NCBI GenBank assembly: GCA_965226495.1
Contig: OZ245365.1
Coordinates: 5,632,001-5,696,000 of the forward strand
Direction of reading: 5' to 3'
Length of the DNA: 64,000 bases
Source of the DNA: Candidatus Marinacidobacterales bacterium
Lineage (GTDB): Bacteria > Acidobacteriota > Vicinamibacteria > Marinacidobacterales > DATDRI01
The notes beneath the pieces are model-generated. The model searched no databases and was not told the DNA's origin. It worked only from the letters and a program-made list of their open reading frames with translations. Positions 1 to 9,658 of the stretch are shown in pieces. Position 1 is the stretch's first letter. Each line of letters opens with the position of its first letter. Made by a program: the position numbers and the translations under genes.

Positions 1-75
1 AAAGAAGAGTGATACGCATGACGACCCGGCGCAGTTGGCAAGGCGGGACGATCCCCTGTTAAAGTGGCGTCGGAT

Positions 76-357
76 ATGCACTGCTTGATTGGATGTCTGT
101 CCCTTCTCACTCCTCGTCTTGCCATTCTCCTGGTGTTCTTCTTCAGCAACTACATCGGCCGCGCCTATGAGGCGGCGCTCTGGCCGCTCCTGGGTTTCGT
201 TTTCATGCCCTTGACAACCTTGGCCTACGCTTGGGCGGTCAATACGAATACCACCGTGACGGGGATTTACCTGGTCGTGGTGGTGATTGCCGTGCTTCTC
301 GATCTGGGTCTAGTGGGAACGAGCGCGTCCGCTCGGAGGAAAAGGGGGCGCTGGTAG
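76..357 (+). CDS. Small hypothetical membrane protein (about 3 TM segments)
   Basis: Hydrophobic ORF (PRLAILLVFFF...WPLLGFVFMPLTTLAYAW) with basic C-terminal tail; ATG at 76 preferred over GTG at 64. Confidence 0.7.
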   Translation: MHCLIGCLSLLTPRLAILLVFFFSNYIGRAYEAALWPLLGFVFMPLTTLAYAWAVNTNTTVTGIYLVVVVIAVLLDLGLVGTSASARRKRGRW

Positions 358-383
358 AAAAAGGGACCGGCCAGCGGAAAAGA

Positions 384-737
384 CTAACCTGTCCCCGACA
401 TTTCGGCAGTCTTGTCGTCGATCATCGACCGGCGAACGTACTCGATGCTGTTGTGCACGCCTTCCACTCCCTTGACCTTCTTCGCAACCTCTTCGGCATC
501 CGTCCTGAGTTGCGTACTGATGGCCATGCCCTTCAGATCCACGACGTGGGCCGAGGAAACGTCGAACGTAACCCAGTCGAACGCGGTGAATTGGGGCAGC
601 TCGGCGATCTTGGTGGCGACTTCCTTCGCGATCGCTTCGCGCTCTTTCTTATCATCCTGAGTGGCGGTCTCCCCCGCGGATGCGACGAGTGCCACCATGA
701 CGACAGCGAAAACTGCATTGCGAATAGAACGCATCAT
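384..737 (-). CDS. BON-domain (OsmY-like) secreted protein, single BON
   Basis: Signal peptide, then FDWVTFDV..VVDLKG...AEEVAKKVKGVEGVHNSIE typical of BON; GGAGGA RBS upstream. Confidence 0.75.
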   Translation of the reverse strand: MMRSIRNAVFAVVMVALVASAGETATQDDKKEREAIAKEVATKIAELPQFTAFDWVTFDVSSAHVVDLKGMAISTQLRTDAEEVAKKVKGVEGVHNSIEYVRRSMIDDKTAEMSGTG

Positions 738-845
738 TCCTCCTGCTGCTAAATTGTGACCGGCGTGACTCGCAAGAAAAGACTTGGCGCGCCTTTTGGG
801 GCGGGGAGTGTATACGAACCTACCACCTATGTAAAATCTGGCCCG

Positions 846-1712
846 TTACTGATTTTCGAGGACCGGCACCCCCAGGACGACGGACACCACGATAGAAAGG
901 GCGGTGAGCGCAATGCAGGCGAGCGCCAGCAGCAGATGGTCTCCCCTCTCCGGCAACAAGGGATCCAAGAAGCGAGCGGTGTAATATCCACCGGCGAAGC
1001 CGCCCGCGTGGGCGTAGTTGTCGACACCGGGGAAGACCAAGCCGAAGATAAAGAGGATCACCGCGTAGCTTACTGCCTGTCGGCCCAGGAGACTGCTCCC
1101 TCCGCGCTTTCCAGAGTAAACGAGCGCCCCGAGCAAACCGAAAATAGGAGCCGAAGCCCCTACCGTGAAAATAGCGCCTCGGAGAAGGGGGAAAGGGAAA
1201 GCTCCGAGGTAGTATCCGGCGAGGCTGCTGAGTAGGAAGCCGGTGATCGAGGACACGGTGTAGATAATGACCAGGCGGGCCGGGCCGTAGGCCTCCGCAG
1301 TCGCGGGAGCCAGTTGGCGCACCCACATCATATTGAAGCCGATGTGAATCAAACCGCCGTGGAGCCAAGCCGCGCTCAGGACGGTCCACCACCTTCCATA
1401 CTCGAAGACCGGGGCCGCCCCGCTTGCTCCGAAGAGAAAGAGCGCGCGGACGCCCGGCGACAAAAACGAGAGTGCGCCTCCCGTCCTAATGCTCGAGGGA
1501 TCGATCAGAAGTGTCGCAACGTAGAGCCCCACGCATCCCCACAGCACCATTTGCGTGAAACCGAGATCCATGCCGAGTTTCCGCAGCATCGGGGCATAGC
1601 CCCAGAGGCCCGGGTTCCATCGGCCGCAGTTCATGCAGCGTTCGTCGTTCACACCCACCAAATTGCCGCAGCCGGCGCAGAGGACCGATCCGGTCTTTTG
1701 TGGATTCCACAT
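846..1712 (-). CDS. Rhomboid intramembrane serine protease with N-terminal CxxC/CxxC zinc ribbon
   Basis: WWTVLSAAWLHGGLIHIGFN, catalytic GAS (VGASAPIFG) and H (DNYAHAGG); start taken at MWNPQKTGS. Confidence 0.92.
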   Translation of the reverse strand: MWNPQKTGSVLCAGCGNLVGVNDERCMNCGRWNPGLWGYAPMLRKLGMDLGFTQMVLWGCVGLYVATLLIDPSSIRTGGALSFLSPGVRALFLFGASGAAPVFEYGRWWTVLSAAWLHGGLIHIGFNMMWVRQLAPATAEAYGPARLVIIYTVSSITGFLLSSLAGYYLGAFPFPLLRGAIFTVGASAPIFGLLGALVYSGKRGGSSLLGRQAVSYAVILFIFGLVFPGVDNYAHAGGFAGGYYTARFLDPLLPERGDHLLLALACIALTALSIVVSVVLGVPVLENQ

Positions 1713-1783
1713 AGTTGCTATCATTATGTTCTAAGACAGCTGATATGTCCGACCGTGTTGCGGTAGTCGTTGCAGCCGGTGTG
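1647..1783. repeat. Copy A of the rhomboid 5' end / short divergent intergenic / mutT 5' end segment (left island boundary)
   Basis: 1671-1783 aligns with 9650-9762 and 1647-1707 aligns with 5032-5090; contains a truncated mutT start MSDRVAVVVAAGVI* from 1745. Confidence 0.9.
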
Positions 1784-1835
1784 ATCTGAGGAATCTGGCA
1801 GGCCTTCATCCCGTCAGCCTACCGGTTGGACGTTC

Positions 1836-2723
1836 TTATTGGGCGTCTTGGGCTACCCACTGCGGATCCGCACTGTCCGCCCCCGGATTTTCTCCGCGGA
1901 AACCGTTGTTGCCGGCCGCCGAGAGATCGGAGACAACCTGTCCCGAGCCTTCGTCGAAGCTCCAATAGCCCACCAGAGCGGGGGAGTCTCGATCCACGCC
2001 GGAGTCGAAAACCTCGTTGATCTCACCGTCAGTTAGAACGACGTTCCACATGGCGGGCTCGTCTATGAGCCCGGGGAAAAACCAAACCGGAGGTTCCCGC
2101 CCGCCGGGGGGCGGTCCGATCGTGCCGAAGGTGCACCCGACCGACAACACCTGGAAGTTGTTCGAGGAAGGGACGCCGGTGCTCTGGCAGCTCGCCTCCC
2201 TGTTTCCATCGACGTAGACGCTCAAGTCGCCGAAACCACTGCGTGTGACGGCGACGTGGTGCCAAACATCGTCGGCCACGAAGAGGTTGCCGCTGCTGCA
2301 CGAGCCTGACGGCGTGCAGCTGTTCGAGGGATAGCAGTAGTTGTTTTCCCTCGAGTCCTCGAGCATGACCTCGAGGGTTCCGTCCGGCAGCACGTAGAGC
2401 TGCCAACTCAGATTGAAGGAGTTGTCATCCTCACCCCGGGCGATGACCGAGGCCCGACGCTGCGGCGGTGTGAGCTTGATCCAGGCACCGATGGTGAAGA
2501 TTTCCGTGGGGAACGACGGGTCGTATGGCACCGTGACGCGATCGTCGGATCCGTCGAACCTGAGCGCACTCGCGCCTCCCGGCACCTCCGGAGCGTTCTC
2601 GACAGCGTCCGGCTCCTCGACGACGTCGGGACCAGTCGGCCCGGCGTCATCCGCGCCGTCGCCACATGAGAGGAGCGCAATCGCGGCAAGTCCAATGAAA
2701 ACTACGAGACAACGTCTGTGCAA
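1836..2723 (-). CDS. LamG/concanavalin A-like lectin-domain lipoprotein
   Basis: Lipobox LLSC; ALRFDGSDDRV, FTIGAWIK, WHHVAVT, FPGLIDE..MWN, LVGYWSFDEGSG. Confidence 0.85.
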   Translation of the reverse strand: MHRRCLVVFIGLAAIALLSCGDGADDAGPTGPDVVEEPDAVENAPEVPGGASALRFDGSDDRVTVPYDPSFPTEIFTIGAWIKLTPPQRRASVIARGEDDNSFNLSWQLYVLPDGTLEVMLEDSRENNYCYPSNSCTPSGSCSSGNLFVADDVWHHVAVTRSGFGDLSVYVDGNREASCQSTGVPSSNNFQVLSVGCTFGTIGPPPGGREPPVWFFPGLIDEPAMWNVVLTDGEINEVFDSGVDRDSPALVGYWSFDEGSGQVVSDLSAAGNNGFRGENPGADSADPQWVAQDAQ

Positions 2724-3093
2724 CGTTCACCTCCACGGCTTCTCCCCCTCGGGCCGCTGACTCCTAAATCTCTCGATGCGCTCCCTCCGGGAATGCAGGC
2801 CCTCCGGGTTGAGCCAATCGTTTTACGAAGCATGTTCCACACTCCTCTCCGCGTTCTCGCTGGTACATTGTAGCCAGCTAGAACCCTCTGGCTCATCAAA
2901 TTTTCGTAAAGGTTCTGTTAAGAATGTAAAGGAGGGCGAACTTTTCGATGTGCGGGCAACTGCGCCTTCTCGCAGAGCTCTTCGTCACCGACGAGCGCCC
3001 CGAGGATTTCCTTGATTCCTCTCTAGGCCAACCGTACCTTCGCGGTGAAGTTCACCAAGCTTTTCCACTCGTGTGGGACGTCCGCTCGGCTTC

Positions 3094-4722
3094 CTATTGA
3101 ATCGTGACCGTCACGGGAGAGGAGCATGACTGGTTACCGGCCGCGTCAGTGGCGCAGATCCGGTACGGCAGCGTCTCAGGCATTGGCGTTTCGATCCCTG
3201 CTCGCCAGAGGAATTCTCCGTACCAAATCATCGGCACCTCACGGGTCTGTCGGTCTGCCGTCCAGCGCATGACAACGGATTGCCAATCGTGAGGCTTGGT
3301 AGGGCTCGTGTTGTCGTGGACTCGGGCGCGAATAGTCAGCGTCGTACCAACCTCGGAAGTCTTTACCTCTTCTACGAGTGATATGACCGGCGGGGCCGTG
3401 TCGACCGGGATATTCGTGCCCAAATACACTTTGTCTTCGAAGGCACCTTGGTCGATCTTCGAGATCGTCTCGCCCTGCGCCTGAACGACGTCGAGTCTGT
3501 GGTCCCCATTCAGATCGGCAACGGCGTGGTGAAGCGTTCCATCGGTGGGCCTACCGCCGTAAAAGACATCCGGCGCCTGCCGCAAATGGCCTAAGCCGTC
3601 GTTGACGAGAAGCCGGTCGGGACCGGCCAGGGATGCTATGAGCACATCGGCGTCCCCGTCGGAATCATAGTCGAGATAGACCGCCACGTTGTCGTCGTAG
3701 CCTGGGTTCTCCTCATCCGGCCAGTGCGTCGGAGAGGCGTCGACGAATCCCCCGCTCCCGTCGTTGAGAAAGATGTGCTGGCGGCGAGTGTACGAATCGA
3801 TCCCTTCGAGGGCTTCTCCGTCGTTGATGGTTATCAGGTCAAGAAACTCGTCCCCGTTGAGATCGATCGCCTCGAAGTCGTAATTGTTCTTGTACTGCGG
3901 GAGCTTTTCTCTCGAAACGTCGATGAATCTCCCGTTCCCGTCATTTTCGAAAAGGAGGCTACTCGCGTTGAAACGGGCGGTCACGAGCACATCGAGGTCG
4001 TAGTCGTTATCGACGTCCACCAGCTCACACTCCCAGGCGAGCTTTGCCAAGACGGAGGGCATTCGGTCTTCGGTCGCATCCTTGAAATGGCCGCTTCCGT
4101 CGTTGAGCCAGAGCATCGACCGACCGCCATCGTTCTTTGCGGGGTCTCCCAGCCCCCAATCGGACAACAACAAGTCCAGGTCACCGTCGCCGTCCACATC
4201 TCCGAGCTCGAGGTCCGAAACACTCGCTTTCAACTGGGGGAGGTGAGTGGCAGTGACATCGACAAAGTCGCCCCTGCCGTCTCCGAGATAGAGCCTGCTC
4301 TGATCCTGGAACACCGTTCCAACGATGATGTCAGGATGGCCGTCCGAGTTGATGTCTCGTGCCTTGATGACGCGCGAAAGCTATCGCTGGTCGCCATAGA
4401 TCGATTCGCTTGCATCGGTGAACGGGTTGCCCGGCCCTCGGTTTAGATAGACACGGCTCATCGTCGGGTCCAGGGGTTCATTGTTTGTGCCGCCCATAGC
4501 GAAAAGCAGATCGGGTAAACGGTCCCCGTTGAGGTCGGCGATATCGACCCGGTTCGTCCAGTACTCGGTGGCACCGATGGTTTCCGCGGTGGCATCTTTC
4601 CAGAGGTTGGCAGGGATCTCCTCGATGCTTTGCCGCGGCGGTTCGGCAGCACACCCGACCATTACGCTCAGCATCAAGAAAACACCACGTGGAAGCACGT
4701 ATGTTTGAGTTCTTTTTCTCAT
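3094..4722 (-). pseudogene. FG-GAP/VCBS repeat lipoprotein interrupted by an in-frame TAG at 4381-4383
   Basis: ORFs 4381..4722 and 3094..4314 are in the same frame and read YGDQR*LSRVIKARDINSDG; many DxNGDxxxDL repeats; lipobox MVGC. Confidence 0.8.
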
Positions 4723-4824
4723 TGTAGAGGCCGGGAGCGAAGATCTGGTACCGCTATTTCACCCGAAGTAGCTGACCGCCCCATCCTTTCGAGTTGTTTA
4801 CTTTTGGTTACTTGTCTGAACAGG

Positions 4825-4998
4825 ACTGCTGGCCGTCATTCAGCGTGGTTGCCCATCCGAACCTAGTCAGACGGAGCCTCCACAAACTGTTGGGCGTCAA
4901 AACGTGTGGCTGCCAGCATCAAGCTAGCCAGACGCGCACGCCAGAAACCTGTTGGGCGTCAAAATATGTGGGTGCCAAACTCAAGTTGGCCAGACGCC
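4825..4998 (-). repeat. Three tandem ~61-bp units of the structured intergenic repeat family
   Basis: Units at 4825-4874, 4886-4935 and 4948-4998 share CTGYTGGSCGTCA...GTGGNTGCC...AASYTRGYCAGACG (+ strand reading). Confidence 0.85.
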
Positions 4999-5031
4999 GG
5001 TCCGGACCGAGTAGATCTCAGAGGCCTATCT

Positions 5032-5090
5032 GTTCACGCCCACCAAGTTGCCGCAGCCGGCGCAGAGGACCGAGCCGGTTTCTTGTGATT
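5032..5090. repeat. Copy B: ~60-bp fragment of the rhomboid gene 5' end inside the island
   Basis: gttcacgcccaccaagttgccgcagccggcgcagaggaccgagccggt matches 1647-1694 with three synonymous differences. Confidence 0.85.
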
Positions 5091-5237
5091 CTCAGATACT
5101 TCACCATTCGCCGGGCGTTCCGCCGACGGTGTATTTCGCCGCCGATTGCGTCAGCAGAAGCAGCCCCCACGGGAACGTGGGGCCAACCCTCGACCCTACC
5201 AGGCAGTCATCATCTTGCGGACGGTTTCGTAGACCGA

Positions 5238-5519
5238 TTAGCCCTTCGCCATCGCGTTCTTGATGAATCCGATGATGGCGAGGAGGACTGCCCCACCGAC
5301 ACCGGACCCGGCGACGTTACCAATGATGTTGCCGATATCCATTGCGGAACCGCCACCACCCAGAATACCGAGGGCGCCGAGTATCTGTCCTCCCAGACCG
5401 CCGCCCACGATCCCGACAACGGAGTTCAACAACGTGCCTAAGCTAAGATTCTTCATCAGGGCACCGGCGACGTTACCACCGACTGCACCGCCGATAAGGT
5501 TCATTATCAAGCTTTCCAT
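5238..5519 (-). CDS. Small glycine-rich (glycine-zipper type) membrane protein
   Basis: GGAVGGNVAG, GIVGGGLGGQIL, GSGVGGAVLL repeats; GGAGGA RBS; downstream hairpin ccccacg/cgtgggg near 5166-5182. Confidence 0.85.
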   Translation of the reverse strand: MESLIMNLIGGAVGGNVAGALMKNLSLGTLLNSVVGIVGGGLGGQILGALGILGGGGSAMDIGNIIGNVAGSGVGGAVLLAIIGFIKNAMAKG

Positions 5520-5719
5520 TTACATTCCTCCCATATGAATGTGCTAATACGTCATGTTGCTGTCACAAGGTCAACGGTCCCCCCAGCGTGGAGCTCACGG
5601 GCGCTAACGAGGGCGTTGAGCTCCCGTCTCCATTACAACCTGGCTGGGGTCGAGCGCTGCAGCGTGACCGGTCCGGACCGGACCGGCTCTCGCCTGGTTG
5701 ACATGCGACTTCGAGTACA

Positions 5720-7273
5720 ATGGCGGCGGCGTTGGCACTGATGTTGAAATCCGGTGGAGGGCGGGGAGTCGCTGCGGAGCGGGGCCCCTTGGCACCGAGG
5801 AACACAATCCTACTCGGGCTCGTGGCGATGAGCTCGGCCTGCGGGTCGTTTCACACCGAGGACCCGGCCCCCGAGTTGACGCCCGGAGTCCAGCGCGAGG
5901 AGCAGCTCTCCTCGCTGCGCTACCTCTACTATCGGAACACTCCGGCACCACCGCCGCCAACCGAGACCGAGCTAGCCGGGATCGAGGGCGTTCTCGAGTC
6001 CGCTCCGGAGGTCGAGAGAGGCTACCTCGAGGAGTACTACAAAAACGCCCGCGATCTGCTGGTCTTTGCAACGCGCGACAGCGACGGCGATGGAGTACAC
6101 GACTACCGGGTGAGCGACTACTACGGCAAGTTCCTCGAGGGCGATATCGATGTCGACGGTGACGGGGTGCGCAACGTCTACGACTCGGGCCCCTACGATC
6201 CCGTCGTAGGTGGGGCCGATACGGACGCCGACGGCGTGCCCGACGAGCCTGGCAGCTTCCAGGATGCGAACGACAACGGCATTCCCGACCACCTCGACTG
6301 GCGGCTCCATGGCAAGGGGGCTGAAGCTGCCTCGCAGCAGGAAGCGCTGTTTCGCGATCACGAGATCATCCTGGTCGAGCGCTCGGCCGAGTTCACCGAG
6401 GATCTGGCGCGCTCGGTCTACGACGCCGTCACTCGGATCTTTCGGGGTCCGTTCACGACCCGGGCCGTGCTGCCAACGCTGCGGACCATCGCCACGGAGG
6501 AAACGTGTCTCCTGACGCCCGAGGTCGACGACAGGACCAACGCCATGGCGATCGTGCAGACGCAGTCGCTGGTGATCTATCGCATTGGCATCGACTACCC
6601 GTCGTTCGTCCAACTGGGCCTGGTGGCCCACGAGCTGGGCCACAACTACCAGCTGTCGCTCGACTTCGACCAGCACGATCTCGCCGCCGAGAACGAGCGC
6701 GTCTACTTTCCGGCGCCGAGGTTTCATGCCCTGGTCGAGCCGTTCGGCTGGGAGGCCCAGTCGATCGTGTTCGACCCCGCGACCGACGGCTACCAGTCGT
6801 TCACTCCGGCGTACTACGAGGTGACGCCCTTCTACACTTGGCTCAGCGACACCACCGAGGAATGGGCGGTCTGGCTAGAGCGCAAGTACCGCCGGGAAGG
6901 AGACGACTACCTCGAGGATCCGGAGGTGCTCGAGCACCATATCGTCGGTGACTACTCCTTGAGCAACCCGTGGGAGTGGTACAGCGACAACATGATCGCG
7001 TACACCTTTCTCGAGATCGAGCGGCGGCTTCGCGAGATGCTGGACGGCGACGAGCTGGATGCTGCCCTCCAGGCGATGGACGCCGCCAGCCGCGAGGCGT
7101 GGCCGGGCTTCCGCTACCAGAATCTCGATCGCGACGCGGTCGAGCAGCACTTCCGCAAGACCTTTCCGCTTCGCGAGCAGGACCTGGGTCACTTCGTGGA
7201 GGAGTACGTGAAGCCTCTCGCCATAGCCAACGAGTCCGGGTCCGCCCAGACGGTAGTCTCGCAACGAGAATGA
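5720..7273 (+). CDS. Lipoprotein with DxDxDG Ca-binding repeats and an HEXXH zinc metallopeptidase domain
   Basis: Lipobox-like AMSSAC; DSDGDG, DVDGDG, DTDADG, DANDNG; AHELGH; YSLSNPWEWYSD; exact start uncertain. Confidence 0.75.
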   Translation: MAAALALMLKSGGGRGVAAERGPLAPRNTILLGLVAMSSACGSFHTEDPAPELTPGVQREEQLSSLRYLYYRNTPAPPPPTETELAGIEGVLESAPEVERGYLEEYYKNARDLLVFATRDSDGDGVHDYRVSDYYGKFLEGDIDVDGDGVRNVYDSGPYDPVVGGADTDADGVPDEPGSFQDANDNGIPDHLDWRLHGKGAEAASQQEALFRDHEIILVERSAEFTEDLARSVYDAVTRIFRGPFTTRAVLPTLRTIATEETCLLTPEVDDRTNAMAIVQTQSLVIYRIGIDYPSFVQLGLVAHELGHNYQLSLDFDQHDLAAENERVYFPAPRFHALVEPFGWEAQSIVFDPATDGYQSFTPAYYEVTPFYTWLSDTTEEWAVWLERKYRREGDDYLEDPEVLEHHIVGDYSLSNPWEWYSDNMIAYTFLEIERRLREMLDGDELDAALQAMDAASREAWPGFRYQNLDRDAVEQHFRKTFPLREQDLGHFVEEYVKPLAIANESGSAQTVVSQRE

Positions 7274-7339
7274 TCAAATATCGTCTCCCGCGGAGACGGC
7301 TCATAGGTGCCACCCGACCGCAAGGCCACCGGTGAGGAG

Positions 7340-8527
7340 TCAGCCAGCTAATCGACGATAGACCTCAGAAAACTTCGGTAGTGCCCGTTCGATCATCTCA
7401 TCGCTTGCTGTCACCGAGGCACGCAAGTGCCCGGGCATTTGCACCACGTGGCCGGGCAAACAAAAGACACCTTCCTTTGCGAGTTCTTCCGCGAATTTCG
7501 CATCATCGTCGATGGGCGTCTTCGGCGTGACGTAGAACGCGCCTTCCGGCAGGTGAACTTGATAGCCACTGTTGCGCAATCCCGCGACGAAACGGTCGCG
7601 TCGCGCCTGCAGCTCGTCAATATCCAATGACAATTCTTCAAGGCGACCCAACGCATGCTGCATCAACGCGCTGCTCATGGCCCAACCGCATAGGATCTGA
7701 CTCGACGCCATCAAGTTTCGCAAAGCCTGCCGCTCTTCAATCTCGAGCGACAAGGCCAAGTAACCAAGACGTTGCCCAGGAGTAAGAAGTGTTTTGCCAT
7801 AGGTGTAGATCATGATCGAGTCGCGGTAGAACGTTGTCGGACTAACATACTGCCTGCCGTCGTACACGATAGTCCGATATGCCTCATCAGAAAGGAGGTA
7901 AATGGTCCGGCCAATGCGACGACTCTCGACTTCGAGTATCGCTGCAAGTTTCTCGAGCGTCTCCCGTGTATACACCTTACCGGTAGGGTTGTTCGGCGAA
8001 TTCACTATGATGAAGCGAGTCCGTTCGGTGATCGCGGCGGCGATTGCGTCCAGATCTAGATCGAAGGTATCAGCCTGCACGCGCACCCGGACGGGCTTGC
8101 CACCCCCGTTCAAGATCATGCCTTCGTAGAAAAACCATGGCGGACTGTTGTAAATCACTTCATCACCGGCGCCGATCAGTGCGTTCATCGTGACCATCAA
8201 CGCCCCAGTAGCGCCGTTGGTTAGAAATATGTCTTCCGGCGCGTACGACTGGCCGGTCAATCGCAACAGCGAATCGCGGACTAGCTCGCGCGAAGACGGC
8301 TCACTCATCTTGTAGGCATACCAAGCCGGGTTCTGTGGTGCAGTCGCCTCGCGCAGCGCCGTCACGAACCGTGGTAGCGGCATGGTTTGTGGGTTACCCA
8401 GCGCAAAGTCGCAGTCTGTCGGTTTCGGGTTGGACATCCAGGACTCGTACTTTGCCAAAAAATCAAAAATGGGCACCATGCAGTGGTGTGCGCGACGCAC
8501 ACGCTCTGGTGCAGACGTTGGAAGCAT
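7340..8527 (-). CDS. PLP-dependent class I/II aminotransferase
   Basis: LTNGATGAL, IVNSPNNPTG, LSDEAY, TYGKT..PGQRLGY, PEGAFY. Confidence 0.92.
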   Translation of the reverse strand: MLPTSAPERVRRAHHCMVPIFDFLAKYESWMSNPKPTDCDFALGNPQTMPLPRFVTALREATAPQNPAWYAYKMSEPSSRELVRDSLLRLTGQSYAPEDIFLTNGATGALMVTMNALIGAGDEVIYNSPPWFFYEGMILNGGGKPVRVRVQADTFDLDLDAIAAAITERTRFIIVNSPNNPTGKVYTRETLEKLAAILEVESRRIGRTIYLLSDEAYRTIVYDGRQYVSPTTFYRDSIMIYTYGKTLLTPGQRLGYLALSLEIEERQALRNLMASSQILCGWAMSSALMQHALGRLEELSLDIDELQARRDRFVAGLRNSGYQVHLPEGAFYVTPKTPIDDDAKFAEELAKEGVFCLPGHVVQMPGHLRASVTASDEMIERALPKFSEVYRRLAG

Positions 8528-8708
8528 GTCTCCTCCCCTCGTTAATGCAGATACGCACGGCGAAACGCTTGCCGTAGCCCCCGCGCTCGAGTCGAGCCCG
8601 TTCGTCTATGTTACCGGTTGATCCGCGACGTGTAATTGACCTTTATTGCCATTTTCTTATTAGATCGTCCCAATATTCGTCGTTTTCGAATAAACCGATG
8701 AGGCTCCA

Positions 8709-9658
8709 ATGGACTTCTTGAGTGATGTGTTGACTCGGCTTCGCTTGAGTAGTGACGTCTACTTCACGACAGATTTCGGCGGGGCCTGGGGCGTCCATCT
8801 CCCTCCCGACCAGCAAGCCATTCGATTTCACTTGGTGCTCCACGGCCAGTGTTGGGTCACGGTCGACGGCGGCCACGTACCGACGAGTGTACGGGAGGGC
8901 GAATTCGTCTTGATCCCGCACGGCGCGGGGCAGCAATTGTTGAGTGCCCCTCACGCGCCGTCGCTATCACTTGAGAAGATTCTTGGCCGCGATAACCCAA
9001 CGTCGGATGGCGTCCTGCGTCACCGAGCGATGGGCAGTGGTGCCGACTGCCGATTGGTCTGTGGCTTTTGCCACTTCGACCATCACGTCAGCCATCCGCT
9101 GTTCCATGGATTGCCATCCATGATCGTTCTGATTAACCAAACGATTGGCCAACTACCTTGGTTGGCGGACGCTATCCGTTTGGCGACGATCGAGGCGAAC
9201 CGAAATGGCCAAGGTGTGCGCGCCATCATTAGTCGATTGATCGAAATCCTGTTCATGCAGGCCATTCGAACGCAAACCCATTTGCCTGCCAGTCACGGCA
9301 ATCCGTTCATGCGTGCCATTGTCGACCCCAGCTGGCGCCGGCGCTCAAGGCGATCCACGAGGAGTTGGATCGCGATTGGACATTGACTTCGCTCGCCAAG
9401 ACGGCCCGTATGTCGCGCACCCAATTTGCGCGACGGTTCAAAGACACGCTGGACCAAACGCCCATTCAGTATCTTATTGACTGGCGATTCGCGACAGCTC
9501 GGCAATTGCTGCGGGACACCGATCTTCCCATAGCGGACATAGCGTTTCGTGCGGGGTATCGATCCGTACCGTCGTTCACGCACCGCTTCAAAAAACGTTT
9601 CGACGTCACCCCGGCCGCGTATCGTCGGGCTGGCCAGGTCGGGTCCCCCGCCGGTTGA
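8709..9658 (+). pseudogene. AraC-family regulator (cupin + HTH), 1-nt frameshift near 9328; divergent from the aminotransferase
   Basis: N-half FHLVLHGQCW..LVCG, C-half LAKTARMSRTQFARRFK..IAFRAGYRS; adding one C to the CCCC run restores DPQLAPALKAIH. Confidence 0.85.

Noticed and set aside
1707-1734. dif-like TTATGTT site
   Set aside because: Spacer length and XerC arm do not fit, and the site is about 55 kb from oriC rather than at the terminus
4381-4383. Pyrrolysine or stop-codon reassignment
   Set aside because: TAG, TAA and TGA all terminate core genes normally and no pyl genes are present
4950-4972. Resemblance of TGTTGGGCGTCAAAATATGTGGG to a Tn7 end
   Set aside because: Terminal TGT is not conserved in other copies, there are no tns genes and the glmS site is empty
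4825-4998. Tandem repeats as a CRISPR array
   Set aside because: Units are divergent along their whole length with only ~10-bp linkers, there are no unique spacers and no cas genes
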